Source: Myxococcales bacterium
GTDB lineage: Bacteria > Myxococcota_A > Polyangia > Polyangiales > DASUME01
Length of the DNA: 64,000 nucleotides
Assembly: GCA_047601445.1 (NCBI GenBank)
Contig: JASGJH010000001.1
Location: 4,640,001-4,704,000 of the forward strand
Reading direction: 5' to 3'
The notes under the pieces are model-generated. The model searched no databases. It saw only the letters and a program-made list of their open reading frames with translations, and had not been told where the DNA came from. The position numbers were made by a program, and so were the translations under genes. Of the stretch, positions 1 through 9,072 are shown one piece after another; the first letter of the stretch is position 1, and every line of letters starts with the position of its first letter.

Positions 1-113
1 TCGCCCGCTTCCATCACGTGTACGTGCTGCCCCTCTAGCTCGACGCAGTAGCGCTCGAAGGGCAACTCGGAGGACAGCCACGCGGGCAGCGCGGGAGCAG
101 GCAGCTTCTTCAC
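1..113 (-). CDS. N-terminal fragment of an alpha/beta hydrolase (haloalkane dehalogenase-like); runs off the window edge
   Basis: Manual translation from GTG at 113 gives MKKLPAPALPAWLSSELPFERYCVELEGQHVHVMEAG, typical of such N-termini. Confidence 0.5.
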   Translation of the reverse strand, partial: MKKLPAPALPAWLSSELPFERYCVELEGQHVHVMEAG

Positions 114-181
114 CCGTTGAGCCTAGCTGGCGGCCCTCCACCAAGTAAGCCAAATGCGCGTGTCCACACTATCCTCGGAGC

Positions 182-775
182 ATGCGGCCAGTGCTCTTGG
201 TGCACGGAATTTGGGATACCTCGCGCAGCCTGAAGGTGCTCGCCGAGTCCCTGCGTGGTCGTGGCTTCTCCCAGGTGGAGACGGTAGATCTGAGCCCGGC
301 CAGCGGCCTCTCACGCCTCGAGGCACTCGCCCATCAGGTGGCCATGCACGTCGCGGCGCTGCGCGAACGCACCGGCGCGGCGCACATCGATCTCCTCGGA
401 TTCTCGATGGGGGCGCTGGTCTCGCGCTGGTATCTGCAGCGGCTAGGCGGCACGGCGTGGGTAAGGAAGTTCGTGTCCATCTCGGGTCCGCATCACGGCA
501 CCTGGACCGCCTACGGCTTGCCCTTCCGGGGTGTGCGTCAGATGAGACCCGAAAGCCCCCTGCTGCGTCAGCTCGCGGGACACCGCGAAGAGCTCGGCAA
601 TGTCGCGGTGCACTGCCTCTACACGCCGTTCGACGCCATGATCGTCCCGGCCGAGAGCAGCGTCTTGCCTGGCGCGCGCAGCGTTCACCGAATCCCGGTG
701 GTGCTGCATCGCTGGATGGTCACGGACCCGCGCGTGCTCGACTTGGTGGCCTCACTCTTGAAGAACGAGGAGTGA
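182..775 (+). CDS. small lipase/esterase (alpha/beta hydrolase)
   Basis: PVLLVHG oxyanion motif, GFSMG nucleophile elbow, SISGPHHGT, D..IVP, C-terminal His. Confidence 0.85.
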   Translation: MRPVLLVHGIWDTSRSLKVLAESLRGRGFSQVETVDLSPASGLSRLEALAHQVAMHVAALRERTGAAHIDLLGFSMGALVSRWYLQRLGGTAWVRKFVSISGPHHGTWTAYGLPFRGVRQMRPESPLLRQLAGHREELGNVAVHCLYTPFDAMIVPAESSVLPGARSVHRIPVVLHRWMVTDPRVLDLVASLLKNEE

Positions 776-860
776 GCTCGCCTGCGCTCGGTCTGCCGCG
801 CCGCGGACGCATGGAGCGTCAGGGTGCGGCGTCACCCGCTGTTCTGGTACAGTGATCGCC

Positions 861-1328
861 ATGGCCAGCCCCACCGTCGAACTCGTCGCGGCCCTGCGCA
901 CCACGGCCCAGCGCCTCATGCAAGGCGCCAACTACAAGTGGTCTCACTTCGGACAGTGCAACTGCGGCCACCTGGCGCAGACCGTCACGCAGCTTTCCGC
1001 CAAGGAGTTGCAGGACGCCGCCTTCGCGCGCGCGGGGGACTGGGGCGAACAAGCCCTCGAGTACTGTCCCACCAGCGGCTATCCGGTGGACTACGTACTT
1101 TCGCGGCTGTTCGAGCTCGGCCTCGAACCCGAGGACATGAAGCACCTGGAGCGCCTCACCGACGACCGCATCCTCCGGCGGCTCGGCGTGGCGTCCCTAC
1201 TCCACACCCGGCGTGACCACGTGGTCTCGTACATGCTCGCCTGGGCGGCTTGGCTCGAGGAGCGCCTGGCACCGGAGGACGCGCAGCAGAGCGCGCTCGC
1301 GCCGGAGCTGGCACTGGCTGCGGAGTAG
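861..1328 (+). CDS. hypothetical protein with a CNCGHLAQ motif
   Basis: Coding-like GC3 bias; Cys/His cluster. Confidence 0.7.
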   Translation: MASPTVELVAALRTTAQRLMQGANYKWSHFGQCNCGHLAQTVTQLSAKELQDAAFARAGDWGEQALEYCPTSGYPVDYVLSRLFELGLEPEDMKHLERLTDDRILRRLGVASLLHTRRDHVVSYMLAWAAWLEERLAPEDAQQSALAPELALAAE

Positions 1329-1385
1329 TCTCGCGCTGATCGCGCACGCGGCGTACGTCGTGCAGCCGTGACGCACGCCTCGGCG

Positions 1386-1847
1386 TCAGAGAATCGTTCG
1401 GACCTCGACCTGCGTGCCACAAATGTAGCTGGCGAGTTCGCCCACGTGATTCTCGAGATCACGCGTCACCCACTTGGTGAGGTCCCCGATCGAGATCAGA
1501 CCGATGAGATTGCGGTCGCGATCGACCACCGGCAGATGGCGAATGCGCCGCTCGGTCATCACGCGCATGGCTTCGGACACCCGCATGTCCGGCGAGATGA
1601 GCACCGGGTCCTGAGCCATGACCTCCACCACCAGCGTCTCCGGTGGTCGACTCTCGTGCACGATGCGCCACAAGACGTCTCGTTCGCTGAGAACACCGAT
1701 CACATGTCCGCGGGCCGAAAGCACAATCAGCGCGCCGACGTTGTGACGGGCCATGGTGTCCACGGCGACCCGGACAGTGGCGTCCGGCTGCACGCTATAG
1801 ACTTGATGTCCCTTGTGAAAAAGTACATCGGCGACACGATTCTGCAT
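1386..1847 (-). CDS. CBS domain protein
   Basis: Tandem CBS pair (VGALIV..GVLSERD; IRHLPVVD..GLISIGD); GGAGG RBS before the ATG at 1847. Confidence 0.9.
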   Translation of the reverse strand: MQNRVADVLFHKGHQVYSVQPDATVRVAVDTMARHNVGALIVLSARGHVIGVLSERDVLWRIVHESRPPETLVVEVMAQDPVLISPDMRVSEAMRVMTERRIRHLPVVDRDRNLIGLISIGDLTKWVTRDLENHVGELASYICGTQVEVRTIL

Positions 1848-2006
1848 GGGGCCTCCTTGTGCTTCCCTGCTAGGCGCACGCCGGCCCGTCCCTGAGCAGG
1901 CGTTTCTACCCTTCGGGGTACGTCGTAATGTGCGCACCGTATCGAAAGGCGAAACCCCGCAACCGTCAGGCTCAGATTTCGCCCATTTAGGAGGGCGAAA
2001 CGCGGG

Positions 2007-2834
2007 TCAGGGCTTGAGGCAGTCCGTCACGCGGAAGGGAAACCATTTGTCGGCCGGCACACGCAGCTCGGGGACATTGACGTCGGCGGGGGCTTCGACG
2101 ATTTCGCTCTTGAGGATCTGCGCCCCGTCTTGCACGACCTCGATGCGGTACTCGCTGCCGGCGTCCAGGATGCCATCGATGCGAATGCCGTCCTCGCGCA
2201 GCGTCTTGCTGAGCATGTTGCCCGTGTAGGTCTTGAACAGGCCCACCTGGCGCGACTCGCTCTGCAAGAAGACCTTGATCTCGAACACCTCGATGTCCTC
2301 GATCTTCTTGGACACGCAGGCCTTGAACGCATCCACGTTGGCCCCGACGGGCAACGCAGGCAGCTCGAACACGATGTCCGCGTTGAGCTCGCTGGGTGCC
2401 TTGGCGGCGAAGTCCTGGGCGAACATGGTGCTGTGCGTGAACTCGCCCTTGCCGCTCGCGGGAACTGGCTCGATCCAGTTGTGCTCGTTCGGATCGAACA
2501 TGTAGTTCTCGTTGGGATCGACGAAGAAATAGAGCGAGTAGTCGCCGGGCCGCAGCGTGTCGCTCATCACCAGGTGCTCCGACGGCAGGCCGCCGCTCTG
2601 CTCCGGTGACAGCACGATACGCGCGCGCGCCTGCATCTGGTTCGCAGAGTTCACGATCGCGACGTCGAGTGGCTGCCCCGCGTGCGGGAACTTCTCGAAC
2701 GTGAAGTCGAGATCACGCACGGCCACCGCCGGGTCGACCTCGTAGTCGCGGGCGTCGGTGATCACCGTGCAGCCCAACGTGCTGAGCAGGCATGAAGTGA
2801 GGAAGGTTCGGACGGAACGTTGCGTCGAGATCAT
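2007..2834 (-). CDS. hypothetical lipoprotein
   Basis: Signal peptide with LGC lipobox; start overlaps the stop of the upstream TPR gene. Confidence 0.75.
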   Translation of the reverse strand: MISTQRSVRTFLTSCLLSTLGCTVITDARDYEVDPAVAVRDLDFTFEKFPHAGQPLDVAIVNSANQMQARARIVLSPEQSGGLPSEHLVMSDTLRPGDYSLYFFVDPNENYMFDPNEHNWIEPVPASGKGEFTHSTMFAQDFAAKAPSELNADIVFELPALPVGANVDAFKACVSKKIEDIEVFEIKVFLQSESRQVGLFKTYTGNMLSKTLREDGIRIDGILDAGSEYRIEVVQDGAQILKSEIVEAPADVNVPELRVPADKWFPFRVTDCLKP

Positions 2835-3706
2835 CAGAAGCGAGCTCCCCAGGTCGCGTACGCGCCGTGTGCATCCACAGCCACCCCCGCAATCGGCACT
2901 TCACGCTCTTCGTCGAGCGCGCCCGTCCACCACAGCACGAGCCCGGTCACCACGGTGGCCGCGCCGACCCCGATCAGAACATCGGTGGCGATCGCGAGAC
3001 GCTTGGTGCTGTCGATGCGGTCCCCCTGGGACTCGGGACACTTGGTGCCCGTGCAGTCCTTCTCGAGGTCCTTGCTCTTGAGCAGCGCCGGAATGCCCGT
3101 GCCCAGGCTGGCGGCCAGCAGCGCGCCGCCCGTACCCATCATGTACCAGGGCGCCGCCGACTTCTCGGTGACCTTCTGAGTGCGCGGGGTTGCCTTCGCG
3201 CGCTCCGCCTCTTCGGTGGCCTTGCGCGCGCGCTCCTCCTGCTCGGCCTGACGCGCGGCCTGCGCCTGCATGCTCTCGAGACGCGCCTTGAGGTTGATGC
3301 GATCGGGCGCGTCCGGGACCTGGTCGAGGTAGCCCGAGAGCGCGGAGATCGCGGGCTCGAGGTTGCCCGCTTCGCGGTTGGCGACGTACACGTTGTAGAG
3401 CAGCTGCGGGCGCTTCGAGAGCTGGTAAGCCGCGTCGAATTCCTCGGCGGCCTGCTGAAAGCGGCCGGCGTCGTAGAGGGTCTTGCCGATCGTGAAGTGC
3501 TGCCGCGCCTCGAGGTCCATGGAGGCCATGGCCTGCTCCTGCTCGGCCTGTTGCTGAGCCTGCACGTTGCCGTCCTGCGCCCGACTCGAGGCGGCGCTCG
3601 CGAGCAGCCCGAGCCCGGCCAGCAAGCCGACTCTGCAGGTTGCGCCGATGGTCCCCGGGATGCTGCCGAGAAATCTCCGCTGGGCTCGCTGTTCGTGGGA
3701 ACGCAC
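2834..3706 (-). CDS. secreted/membrane tetratricopeptide repeat protein (myxobacterial type)
   Basis: ARQHF..G..LY..GRF..A..EF..AY..S.RPQLLYN TPR; C-terminal hydrophobic segments; GAAGGAG RBS before the GTG at 3706. Confidence 0.8.
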   Translation of the reverse strand: MRSHEQRAQRRFLGSIPGTIGATCRVGLLAGLGLLASAASSRAQDGNVQAQQQAEQEQAMASMDLEARQHFTIGKTLYDAGRFQQAAEEFDAAYQLSKRPQLLYNVYVANREAGNLEPAISALSGYLDQVPDAPDRINLKARLESMQAQAARQAEQEERARKATEEAERAKATPRTQKVTEKSAAPWYMMGTGGALLAASLGTGIPALLKSKDLEKDCTGTKCPESQGDRIDSTKRLAIATDVLIGVGAATVVTGLVLWWTGALDEEREVPIAGVAVDAHGAYATWGARF

Positions 3707-3836
3707 TCGCTCTCCTTCGTCACCCAGCGCGACATCCGCCGCCCGGGGCGCCCCCATGCTATCGCAGTGCCCGCGGATTCCCCAAGCCAGTGGTCAGCCC
3801 GGGTGAACGGGACCGCAGGAGCGAGAGAAGGATTCG

Positions 3837-4889
3837 ATGAAGGCTTTGGTGACCGGCGCGAGTGGTTTCGTGGGCAGCGCCCTGTGTCGAGCGCTCACCG
3901 AGGCTGGTCACCACGCGGTGGGTCTCACGCGCGACCCGGAACGAGCTCGCGCTCGCGTACCCGCCGAGGTCGAGCTGGTACGGGGCGGTGTCGGCTTACC
4001 GAAGGACGTGGCGGCCGCGGCCAAGGGATGTGAAGTGATTTTCCACGCAGCCGGGCTGGCTCCCGGCGCAGCGCCCCAACGCGTGCTGCGTTGGTTGCAC
4101 GTGGCGGGCACCGAGAACGTCGTGCGTGCGGCGCGCCATAGCGGGGCGCGACGCGTGGTCCACATGAGCTGTGCGGAAGTGTCGCTCCATGCAGGAGACC
4201 GCATGCACTGGGACGAGGTCCGAGTCCTGCCGCACGCCCCGCTCGGCGCGCACGCCCAGAGCAAGCTGATGAGCGAGGAGCTCGCGCTCGCCCAGAGCGA
4301 TCACCGCCTGCAAGTGACCGCGCTGCGACCCGCGCTGCTGTGGGGCGAGGGCGCGTTCGACAGCCTGGCGAGCTTGGTCAGAGAAGGCCGCGAGCGTGGC
4401 CTTCAGCTCTACGGCGGCGGACGCAACATCGTGGCCACCACGCACATCGGCAACCTCGCGCGCGCCGCGTTGCTGGCGGCGGACGCCGAAGCAGCGCCTT
4501 CGCGGGCATACTACGTGACCGACGCGGAATTCCTCGAAGCGCGTGAGTTCTTCGGCAAACTGAGCCAGGCACTCGGGCTGCCCGCGCCGCGCCTGGACGG
4601 CAACCTCGGCCTCGCATTGGTACTCGCGCGCGTGAAGGAGAGCTTGGGTGGCGACGCGGGCGCCGCACGTGCGCGCCTCCTGGTACGCGCCAAGAGCGCT
4701 CTGTTCGATCTCTCCCGGGCCACCAAGGACCTCGGCTACGCGGCACGCCTGGACTTGAACCAGGCCATGGAGGAGCTGGCCCGCTGGGTCCGCGAGGCGG
4801 GTGGCGCGGAGGGGCTATTGCGCCAGGCGCGAGGTCCGGTTTCGGAGCGAGATGTCGACGAACAGGTCCAGGCCGCAGGTGGGGACTAA
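3837..4889 (+). CDS. NAD-dependent epimerase/dehydratase (3-beta-HSD-like extended SDR)
   Basis: LVTGASGFVG Rossmann motif, IFHAAG, LRP..LWG. Confidence 0.85.
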   Translation: MKALVTGASGFVGSALCRALTEAGHHAVGLTRDPERARARVPAEVELVRGGVGLPKDVAAAAKGCEVIFHAAGLAPGAAPQRVLRWLHVAGTENVVRAARHSGARRVVHMSCAEVSLHAGDRMHWDEVRVLPHAPLGAHAQSKLMSEELALAQSDHRLQVTALRPALLWGEGAFDSLASLVREGRERGLQLYGGGRNIVATTHIGNLARAALLAADAEAAPSRAYYVTDAEFLEAREFFGKLSQALGLPAPRLDGNLGLALVLARVKESLGGDAGAARARLLVRAKSALFDLSRATKDLGYAARLDLNQAMEELARWVREAGGAEGLLRQARGPVSERDVDEQVQAAGGD

Positions 4890-4930
4890 TTCGGGGTCGA
4901 ACTGAGCTCAAGACCTGCAGAAACACGCCG

Positions 4931-4958
4931 TTGACACACGGGAGCCCTTTGCTAACTT
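4931..4958 (+). promoter_or_regulatory. sigma70-type promoter for the tRNA-Ser pair
   Basis: TTGACA (4931-4936), 16 nt, TAACTT with a TG extension, just upstream of the tRNA. Confidence 0.7.
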
Positions 4959-4965
4959 CGGCCGC

Positions 4966-5055
4966 GGAGGGTTGGCCGAGTGGTTTAAGGCGCCGGATTC
5001 GAAATCCGGTGTGTCCGCAAGGGTACCGCGGGTTCGAATCCCGTGCCCTCCGCCA
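4966..5055 (+). tRNA. tRNA-Ser(CGA)
   Basis: Cloverleaf; anticodon arm CCGGA-TT-CGA-AA-TCCGG; long variable arm; GTTCGAATC; encoded CCA. Confidence 0.97.
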
Positions 5056-5061
5056 GCATCA

Positions 5062-5146
5062 GGAGAGGTGACCGAGTGGTCGAAGGTGCACGACTGGAAA
5101 TCGTGTGTGCAGCAATGTACCGGGGGTTCGAATCCCTTCCTCTCCG
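5062..5146 (+). tRNA. tRNA-Ser(GGA)
   Basis: GGAGAGG acceptor; CACGA-CT-GGA-AA-TCGTG anticodon arm; long variable arm; T-loop GTTCGAATC. Confidence 0.97.
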
Positions 5147-5178
5147 CTGAATATCTACTCGCTGCTGACTGAGTGAGT

Positions 5179-5203
5179 CGCCCGGCCGATGCCGGGTGTT
5201 TTT
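5179..5203 (+). terminator. intrinsic terminator-like hairpin between the tRNA-Ser pair and ffs
   Basis: CGCCCGGC-CGAT-GCCGGGTG followed by TTTTT. Confidence 0.6.
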
Positions 5204-5284
5204 GGTCCTGCCAACGCTGTCCCGTCAACCCCGCCAGGCCCGGAAGGGAGCAACGGTCGCGGTGTTCAGCGTGTGGCGGGGCCA
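5203..5284 (+). ncRNA. ffs: signal recognition particle RNA (4.5S, small bacterial SRP)
   Basis: Domain IV signature CCAGGCCCGGAAGGGAGCAACGG; 5' TGGTCCTGCCA pairs with 3' TGGCGGGGCCA; followed by a T run. Confidence 0.93.
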
Positions 5285-5412
5285 CCTTTTTTATTTCGGA
5301 CGCAAGAGCACCGGCGCCCCCGAGCTCGATCGCAACGCATGGCAAGCGAGCTCACCTGGAGCCTGCATCGCGCGATTGACCCGGATCACCGCACGCCGCG
5401 CTCCGTGTCTGC

Positions 5413-6480
5413 ATGAAGGCGCTCCGAGTTCCCCTCTCCCCCTTGCTAGCAATGCTTTCTTCGCTGCCGTTCGCGGCCTGCGGCGATGGCCCTCCCACCA
5501 ACGCCACCGATGGCCTCGAGGCGCATGCGCAGCCAAGCGACGACACGAGCATGTCGGACAGCCAGGGTCAGGACGCGGCAGGCCCCGAACCGGCGACTCC
5601 CAGCTCGCCCGCGCGTCCCGGCGACGACGGCACGGGGATTTGCGAACGCCATGCGGCCCAGGCAGTGCCGCTCACGCCGCGCGTGCTGATTGTGGTCGAC
5701 CGCTCGGGCAGCATGGCAGGCGATCGATGGCAGGAGGCCATCGAGGCCGTCGACGCACTGACCTCCGAATTTTCCGGGTTCGAGTTCGGCCTGTCGCTCT
5801 ATCCCTCGGTTGGGGAGGAGCTCGCTTGCCAGGGTGGAGACGTGGTGGTGGCGCCGGGCGCGAACACGCAGGCCCTGATCCATACCCACTTGTTCGCTGA
5901 GGAGACGCGAGCCATCGAGGACCACGGCTTCACGCCCACCGCCGCCACCCTGGTGGCCGTCGAGAACGCCATCGCGCCCGCCCCCGACGAACTACAGCCC
6001 CACGTGGTGCTGCTCGTCACCGATGGCCGTCCCAACTGCAACCTGGCCGGACCCGAGAAGTACAGCGCCGACCTGGACGCGACGTACGCGGCGATCGACA
6101 CGCTGACCGCCGATGGGGTGCGGACCTTCGTGGTCGGCTACCACACCGAGGAATACGCCGACGTGATGGACGAGATGGCGCGCCACGGTGAGACCGAGCG
6201 GCACTATGCGGTGGAGAACGCCGAGACCTTCAGTGCGGCCTTCGGAGCCATCGCGACGGGCCTCACGCCCTGTAATTTCGAGCTCGACGAGGTGCCTCCT
6301 GCTGCGGAGTACGTGCGGCTCGAGTTCGACGGCAAGGCCCTGCCCCTCGCCGATAGCGCGGGCTTCACGCTGGAGGGCACGCGCATCGAGCTCGGCAGCG
6401 CCAGCTGCGCGATCATGCGGGACGGCCAGGTCCATACGGTGCAGGTCACCGTCGAGTGCGAGCCCGTGGTGCTGTTGTGA
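5413..6480 (+). CDS. von Willebrand factor A domain lipoprotein
   Basis: FAAC lipobox; MIDAS DRSGSM; TPT; LVTDG. Confidence 0.85.
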   Translation: MKALRVPLSPLLAMLSSLPFAACGDGPPTNATDGLEAHAQPSDDTSMSDSQGQDAAGPEPATPSSPARPGDDGTGICERHAAQAVPLTPRVLIVVDRSGSMAGDRWQEAIEAVDALTSEFSGFEFGLSLYPSVGEELACQGGDVVVAPGANTQALIHTHLFAEETRAIEDHGFTPTAATLVAVENAIAPAPDELQPHVVLLVTDGRPNCNLAGPEKYSADLDATYAAIDTLTADGVRTFVVGYHTEEYADVMDEMARHGETERHYAVENAETFSAAFGAIATGLTPCNFELDEVPPAAEYVRLEFDGKALPLADSAGFTLEGTRIELGSASCAIMRDGQVHTVQVTVECEPVVLL

Positions 6481-6531
6481 TGCTCCCGTCGAGCGCGAGG
6501 ACGCCCGCCCGCGCCGCCTCCCCGAATGCCC

Positions 6532-7020
6532 TCAGCCGCCCTGACGCTTGATCCGGATCTTGGCGAAGAACTCGCGTAGCTGTGCGGCACACTCTTCGGA
6601 GCGCACGCCGTCGAGTACGTCGAGGCGATGATTCAGGCGCGGATCTTCGAGCAAGCGGTAGAGCGTCTTCACGGCGCCCGCCTTGGGGTCATCGGCGCCA
6701 TACACCAGGCGCTCCACGCGCGAGTTCACCAGGGCGCCGGCGCACATGGGACAGGGCTCGAGCGTCACGTAGATGCTCACGCCAACCAAGCGCCAGCTCG
6801 AGAGATAGGCTGCCGCGGCCCGCATGGCGGTGAGCTCGGCGTGCGCGCTGGGATCGCGTGCCGTCTCCCGCAGATTGTGTCCGCGGCCGATGACGCGCCC
6901 TTGGTGCACGGCCACGGCTCCCACGGGCACCTCCCCGCGCTGAGCCGCCTTGGCCGCTTCAGCCAGGGCTTCGCCCATGAAGAGGGCATGCTGCTCGAGA
7001 GCGCTGAGGGGTTCGGTCAT
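6532..7020 (-). CDS. tadA: tRNA adenosine(34) deaminase
   Basis: [31 protein letters not shown] motifs; start codon approximate. Confidence 0.93.
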   Translation of the reverse strand: MTEPLSALEQHALFMGEALAEAAKAAQRGEVPVGAVAVHQGRVIGRGHNLRETARDPSAHAELTAMRAAAAYLSSWRLVGVSIYVTLEPCPMCAGALVNSRVERLVYGADDPKAGAVKTLYRLLEDPRLNHRLDVLDGVRSEECAAQLREFFAKIRIKRQGG

Positions 7021-7022
7021 GG

Positions 7023-7050
7023 GCTTCAGAAACCAAGCTTCAGAAACCAA
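7023..7050. repeat. 14-bp tandem duplication GCTTCAGAAACCAA x2
   Basis: Copies at 7023-7036 and 7037-7050. Confidence 0.8.
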
Positions 7051-7078
7051 AAAGGCAGGAGCCTGATGGCTCCTGCCT
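7049..7078 (-). terminator. intrinsic terminator after tRNA-Arg
   Basis: 11-bp perfect stem AGGCAGGAGCC/GGCTCCTGCCT, followed by a U tract on the minus strand. Confidence 0.85.
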
Positions 7079-7087
7079 CTTGATTAG

Positions 7088-7161
7088 CGCGCCCGGAAGG
7101 ATTCGAACCTCCGACTTTCGGTTCCGTAGACCGACGCTCTATCCAACTGAGCTACGGGCGC
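7088..7161 (-). tRNA. tRNA-Arg(ACG)
   Basis: Reverse complement GCGCCCGTAGCTCAGTTGGATAGAGCG..TCGGT-CT-ACG-GA-ACCGA..GGTTCGAATCC. Confidence 0.97.
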
Positions 7162-7171
7162 AGGGCGGGTG

Positions 7172-7200
7172 GATATGCTCCACACCTTGAAGAATGTCAA
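7172..7200 (-). promoter_or_regulatory. sigma70-type promoter for tRNA-Arg
   Basis: TTGACA-17 nt-CATATC on the minus strand. Confidence 0.6.
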
Positions 7201-7242
7201 CTCCGGGCAAGAAAAAGCTTTTTTGCACCGGTGCCGACTCAG

Positions 7243-7330
7243 CGGAGAGGAAGGGATTCGAACCCCCGGTAGGCTTTTGACCCACGCTCCCTTAGCAAGG
7301 GAGTGCCTTCGACCACTCGGCCACCTCTCC
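7243..7330 (-). tRNA. tRNA-Ser(GCT)
   Basis: Reverse complement GGAGAGGTGGCCGAGTGG..CTCCC-TT-GCT-AA-GGGAG; long variable arm. Confidence 0.97.
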
Positions 7331-7352
7331 TCCCGTGACCGGGAAGGCGCCT

Positions 7353-7381
7353 TATGTAGTGGGCGCCTCGGATCCTGTCAA
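7353..7381 (-). promoter_or_regulatory. sigma70-type promoter for tRNA-Ser(GCT)
   Basis: TTGACA-17 nt-TACATA on the minus strand. Confidence 0.65.
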
Positions 7382-7469
7382 TCTCGTGAATTCCTGGATG
7401 GATACTCAACCGACCCGATTTGTTTTGGCGCCCCTCCAGCCAAGGTTTTCGGCCATATTCCGGGCACCG

Positions 7470-8114
7470 ATGCTCACCCGCCCCCTCCTCGCTCTGCTTT
7501 CCCTGCTCGCCCTCGGCTTCTTCGCTTTTCAGGCTTCGCCCGCGAAGGCCTGCAAGTGCGCGCCGCTCTCGGTCACCGAAGGACTCAGCCAAGCCGACGC
7601 GGTCTTCGAGGGCCGCGTCGTGTCCATCGAGGATCAGGCGGATCCCAACCAGCCAGGCATCACGCGCAAGCGCGTGACCCTCAGCATCGTACGCGTGTGG
7701 AAGGACCTCGAAGACGTCGAGACGGTCAGCGTGATCACCAACGCCGAGTCCGCGGCCTGCGGCTTTCACTTCGAGCCCAAGCAGAGCTACCTGGTGTACG
7801 CCACGCGCAACGAGCAGGACCTCAGCGTGCACTCCTGCTCTCGCACCCGCCCGATGGCCGACGCCGCCGAAGACCTCGCCCAGCTGGGCGCGGGCGTGAC
7901 CCCGGTTCGGGTGGCCCCCACTCCCGCCCCCGCGGCCGACACCAAGAAGGCTACCGACGGAACGACGAAGCCCCCGAAGACCAGGGGCTGCACCATCGCG
8001 TACGGCCACGATGCCGGCTCGGCGCTCGTGGCGGCTTGGATCGCGCTCGGGCTGCTCTTCCGAGCTCGCGCCCGCTCCGACGACTCGCGCCGCGGCGCGC
8101 TCACGCGTTCTTGA
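7470..8114 (+). CDS. secreted TIMP/NTR-like domain protein with a MYXO-CTERM-like anchor
   Basis: Signal peptide AKA|CKC; ADAVFEGRV; ACG..F....YLVYA; CSRT; C-terminal GC + TM + Arg-rich tail. Confidence 0.7.
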   Translation: MLTRPLLALLSLLALGFFAFQASPAKACKCAPLSVTEGLSQADAVFEGRVVSIEDQADPNQPGITRKRVTLSIVRVWKDLEDVETVSVITNAESAACGFHFEPKQSYLVYATRNEQDLSVHSCSRTRPMADAAEDLAQLGAGVTPVRVAPTPAPAADTKKATDGTTKPPKTRGCTIAYGHDAGSALVAAWIALGLLFRARARSDDSRRGALTRS

Positions 8115-9012
8115 AGATCTCCATCGTGTCGCGCAGCAGCTTGGCGCCCTCGGCCTGCGAACGCTGGAACGCGTTGCGACCCATGATGCTGCCGTAGCCG
8201 CCGCCCTTGGCGATCTGGCGGATCTCCTCGAGCACCTCGTCGGTGCCCTTGGCCGCACCGCCCGAGAAGATCACGATGCGCTTGTTGTTGAACGAGCTCT
8301 GCACCACGTGGCTCACGCGCTCCGCCAGCGTCGCCTTCGGGATCTTCTCGTAGTACTTGGCAGCTTCCTTCTGCTCGATGTGGTCCGTCGGCGGCTTCAC
8401 CTTCACGACGTGGGCGCCGAGCTGGCAAGCGATGTGGGCCGCGTAGGCGCTGACGTCGAGCGCGGTCTCACCGTTTTTGGAGAGGCCGGCGCCGCGCGGG
8501 TAGGACCAGAGGATGGTGGGCAGGCCGACCGCGCGAGCTTCCGCGATGAAGTTGCGGATATTCTGGTACTGCTCGTTGCGCAGACCGGAGCCGGGGTAGA
8601 TGGTGTAGCCGATCGCGGTGCAGCCGAGGCGCAGCGCGTCCTGCACGCCCGAGGTGAGTGCGGAGCAGGGCTGATCGGGGCCACCGAGGCTGTCGGAGTT
8701 GTTCACCTTGAGGATGAGCGGCAGGCGGCCGGCGTACTTGGTCGCGATGGCCTCGATGAAACCGAGCGGCGCGGCGTAGGCGTTGCAGCCGGTCTCGAGG
8801 GCGAGTGCCGCGTGGTACTCGGGATCGTAGCCAGCAGGGTTGGGCGCGAAGCTGCGCGCGGGTCCGTGCTCGAAGCCCTGGTCGACGGGGAGGATCACGA
8901 GCTTGCCCGTGCCAGCCAGGGTACCCGTGTTGAGCAGGCGGCGAAGATTGCCGATGATACCGGGGCTTTCACCAGCGTAGTTGGCGAGAATCTGCTCGAC
9001 TGCGTTGCTCAT
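8101..9012 (-). CDS. fbaB: class I fructose-bisphosphate aldolase
   Basis: ILPVDQGFEHGP, YTIYPGS, WSYPRG, Schiff-base VVKVK, SIMGRN. Confidence 0.92.
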   Translation of the reverse strand: MSNAVEQILANYAGESPGIIGNLRRLLNTGTLAGTGKLVILPVDQGFEHGPARSFAPNPAGYDPEYHAALALETGCNAYAAPLGFIEAIATKYAGRLPLILKVNNSDSLGGPDQPCSALTSGVQDALRLGCTAIGYTIYPGSGLRNEQYQNIRNFIAEARAVGLPTILWSYPRGAGLSKNGETALDVSAYAAHIACQLGAHVVKVKPPTDHIEQKEAAKYYEKIPKATLAERVSHVVQSSFNNKRIVIFSGGAAKGTDEVLEEIRQIAKGGGYGSIMGRNAFQRSQAEGAKLLRDTMEIFKNA

Positions 9013-9072
9013 CTGTATCTCCACTCGTTGACGGGTTTTCTGCGTTAGGGGCCGCCTGGCGCGTGCGCCAGG

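Noticed and set aside
4908..5416. Short ORFs over the tRNA/ffs cluster
   Set aside because: They overlap confident RNA genes.
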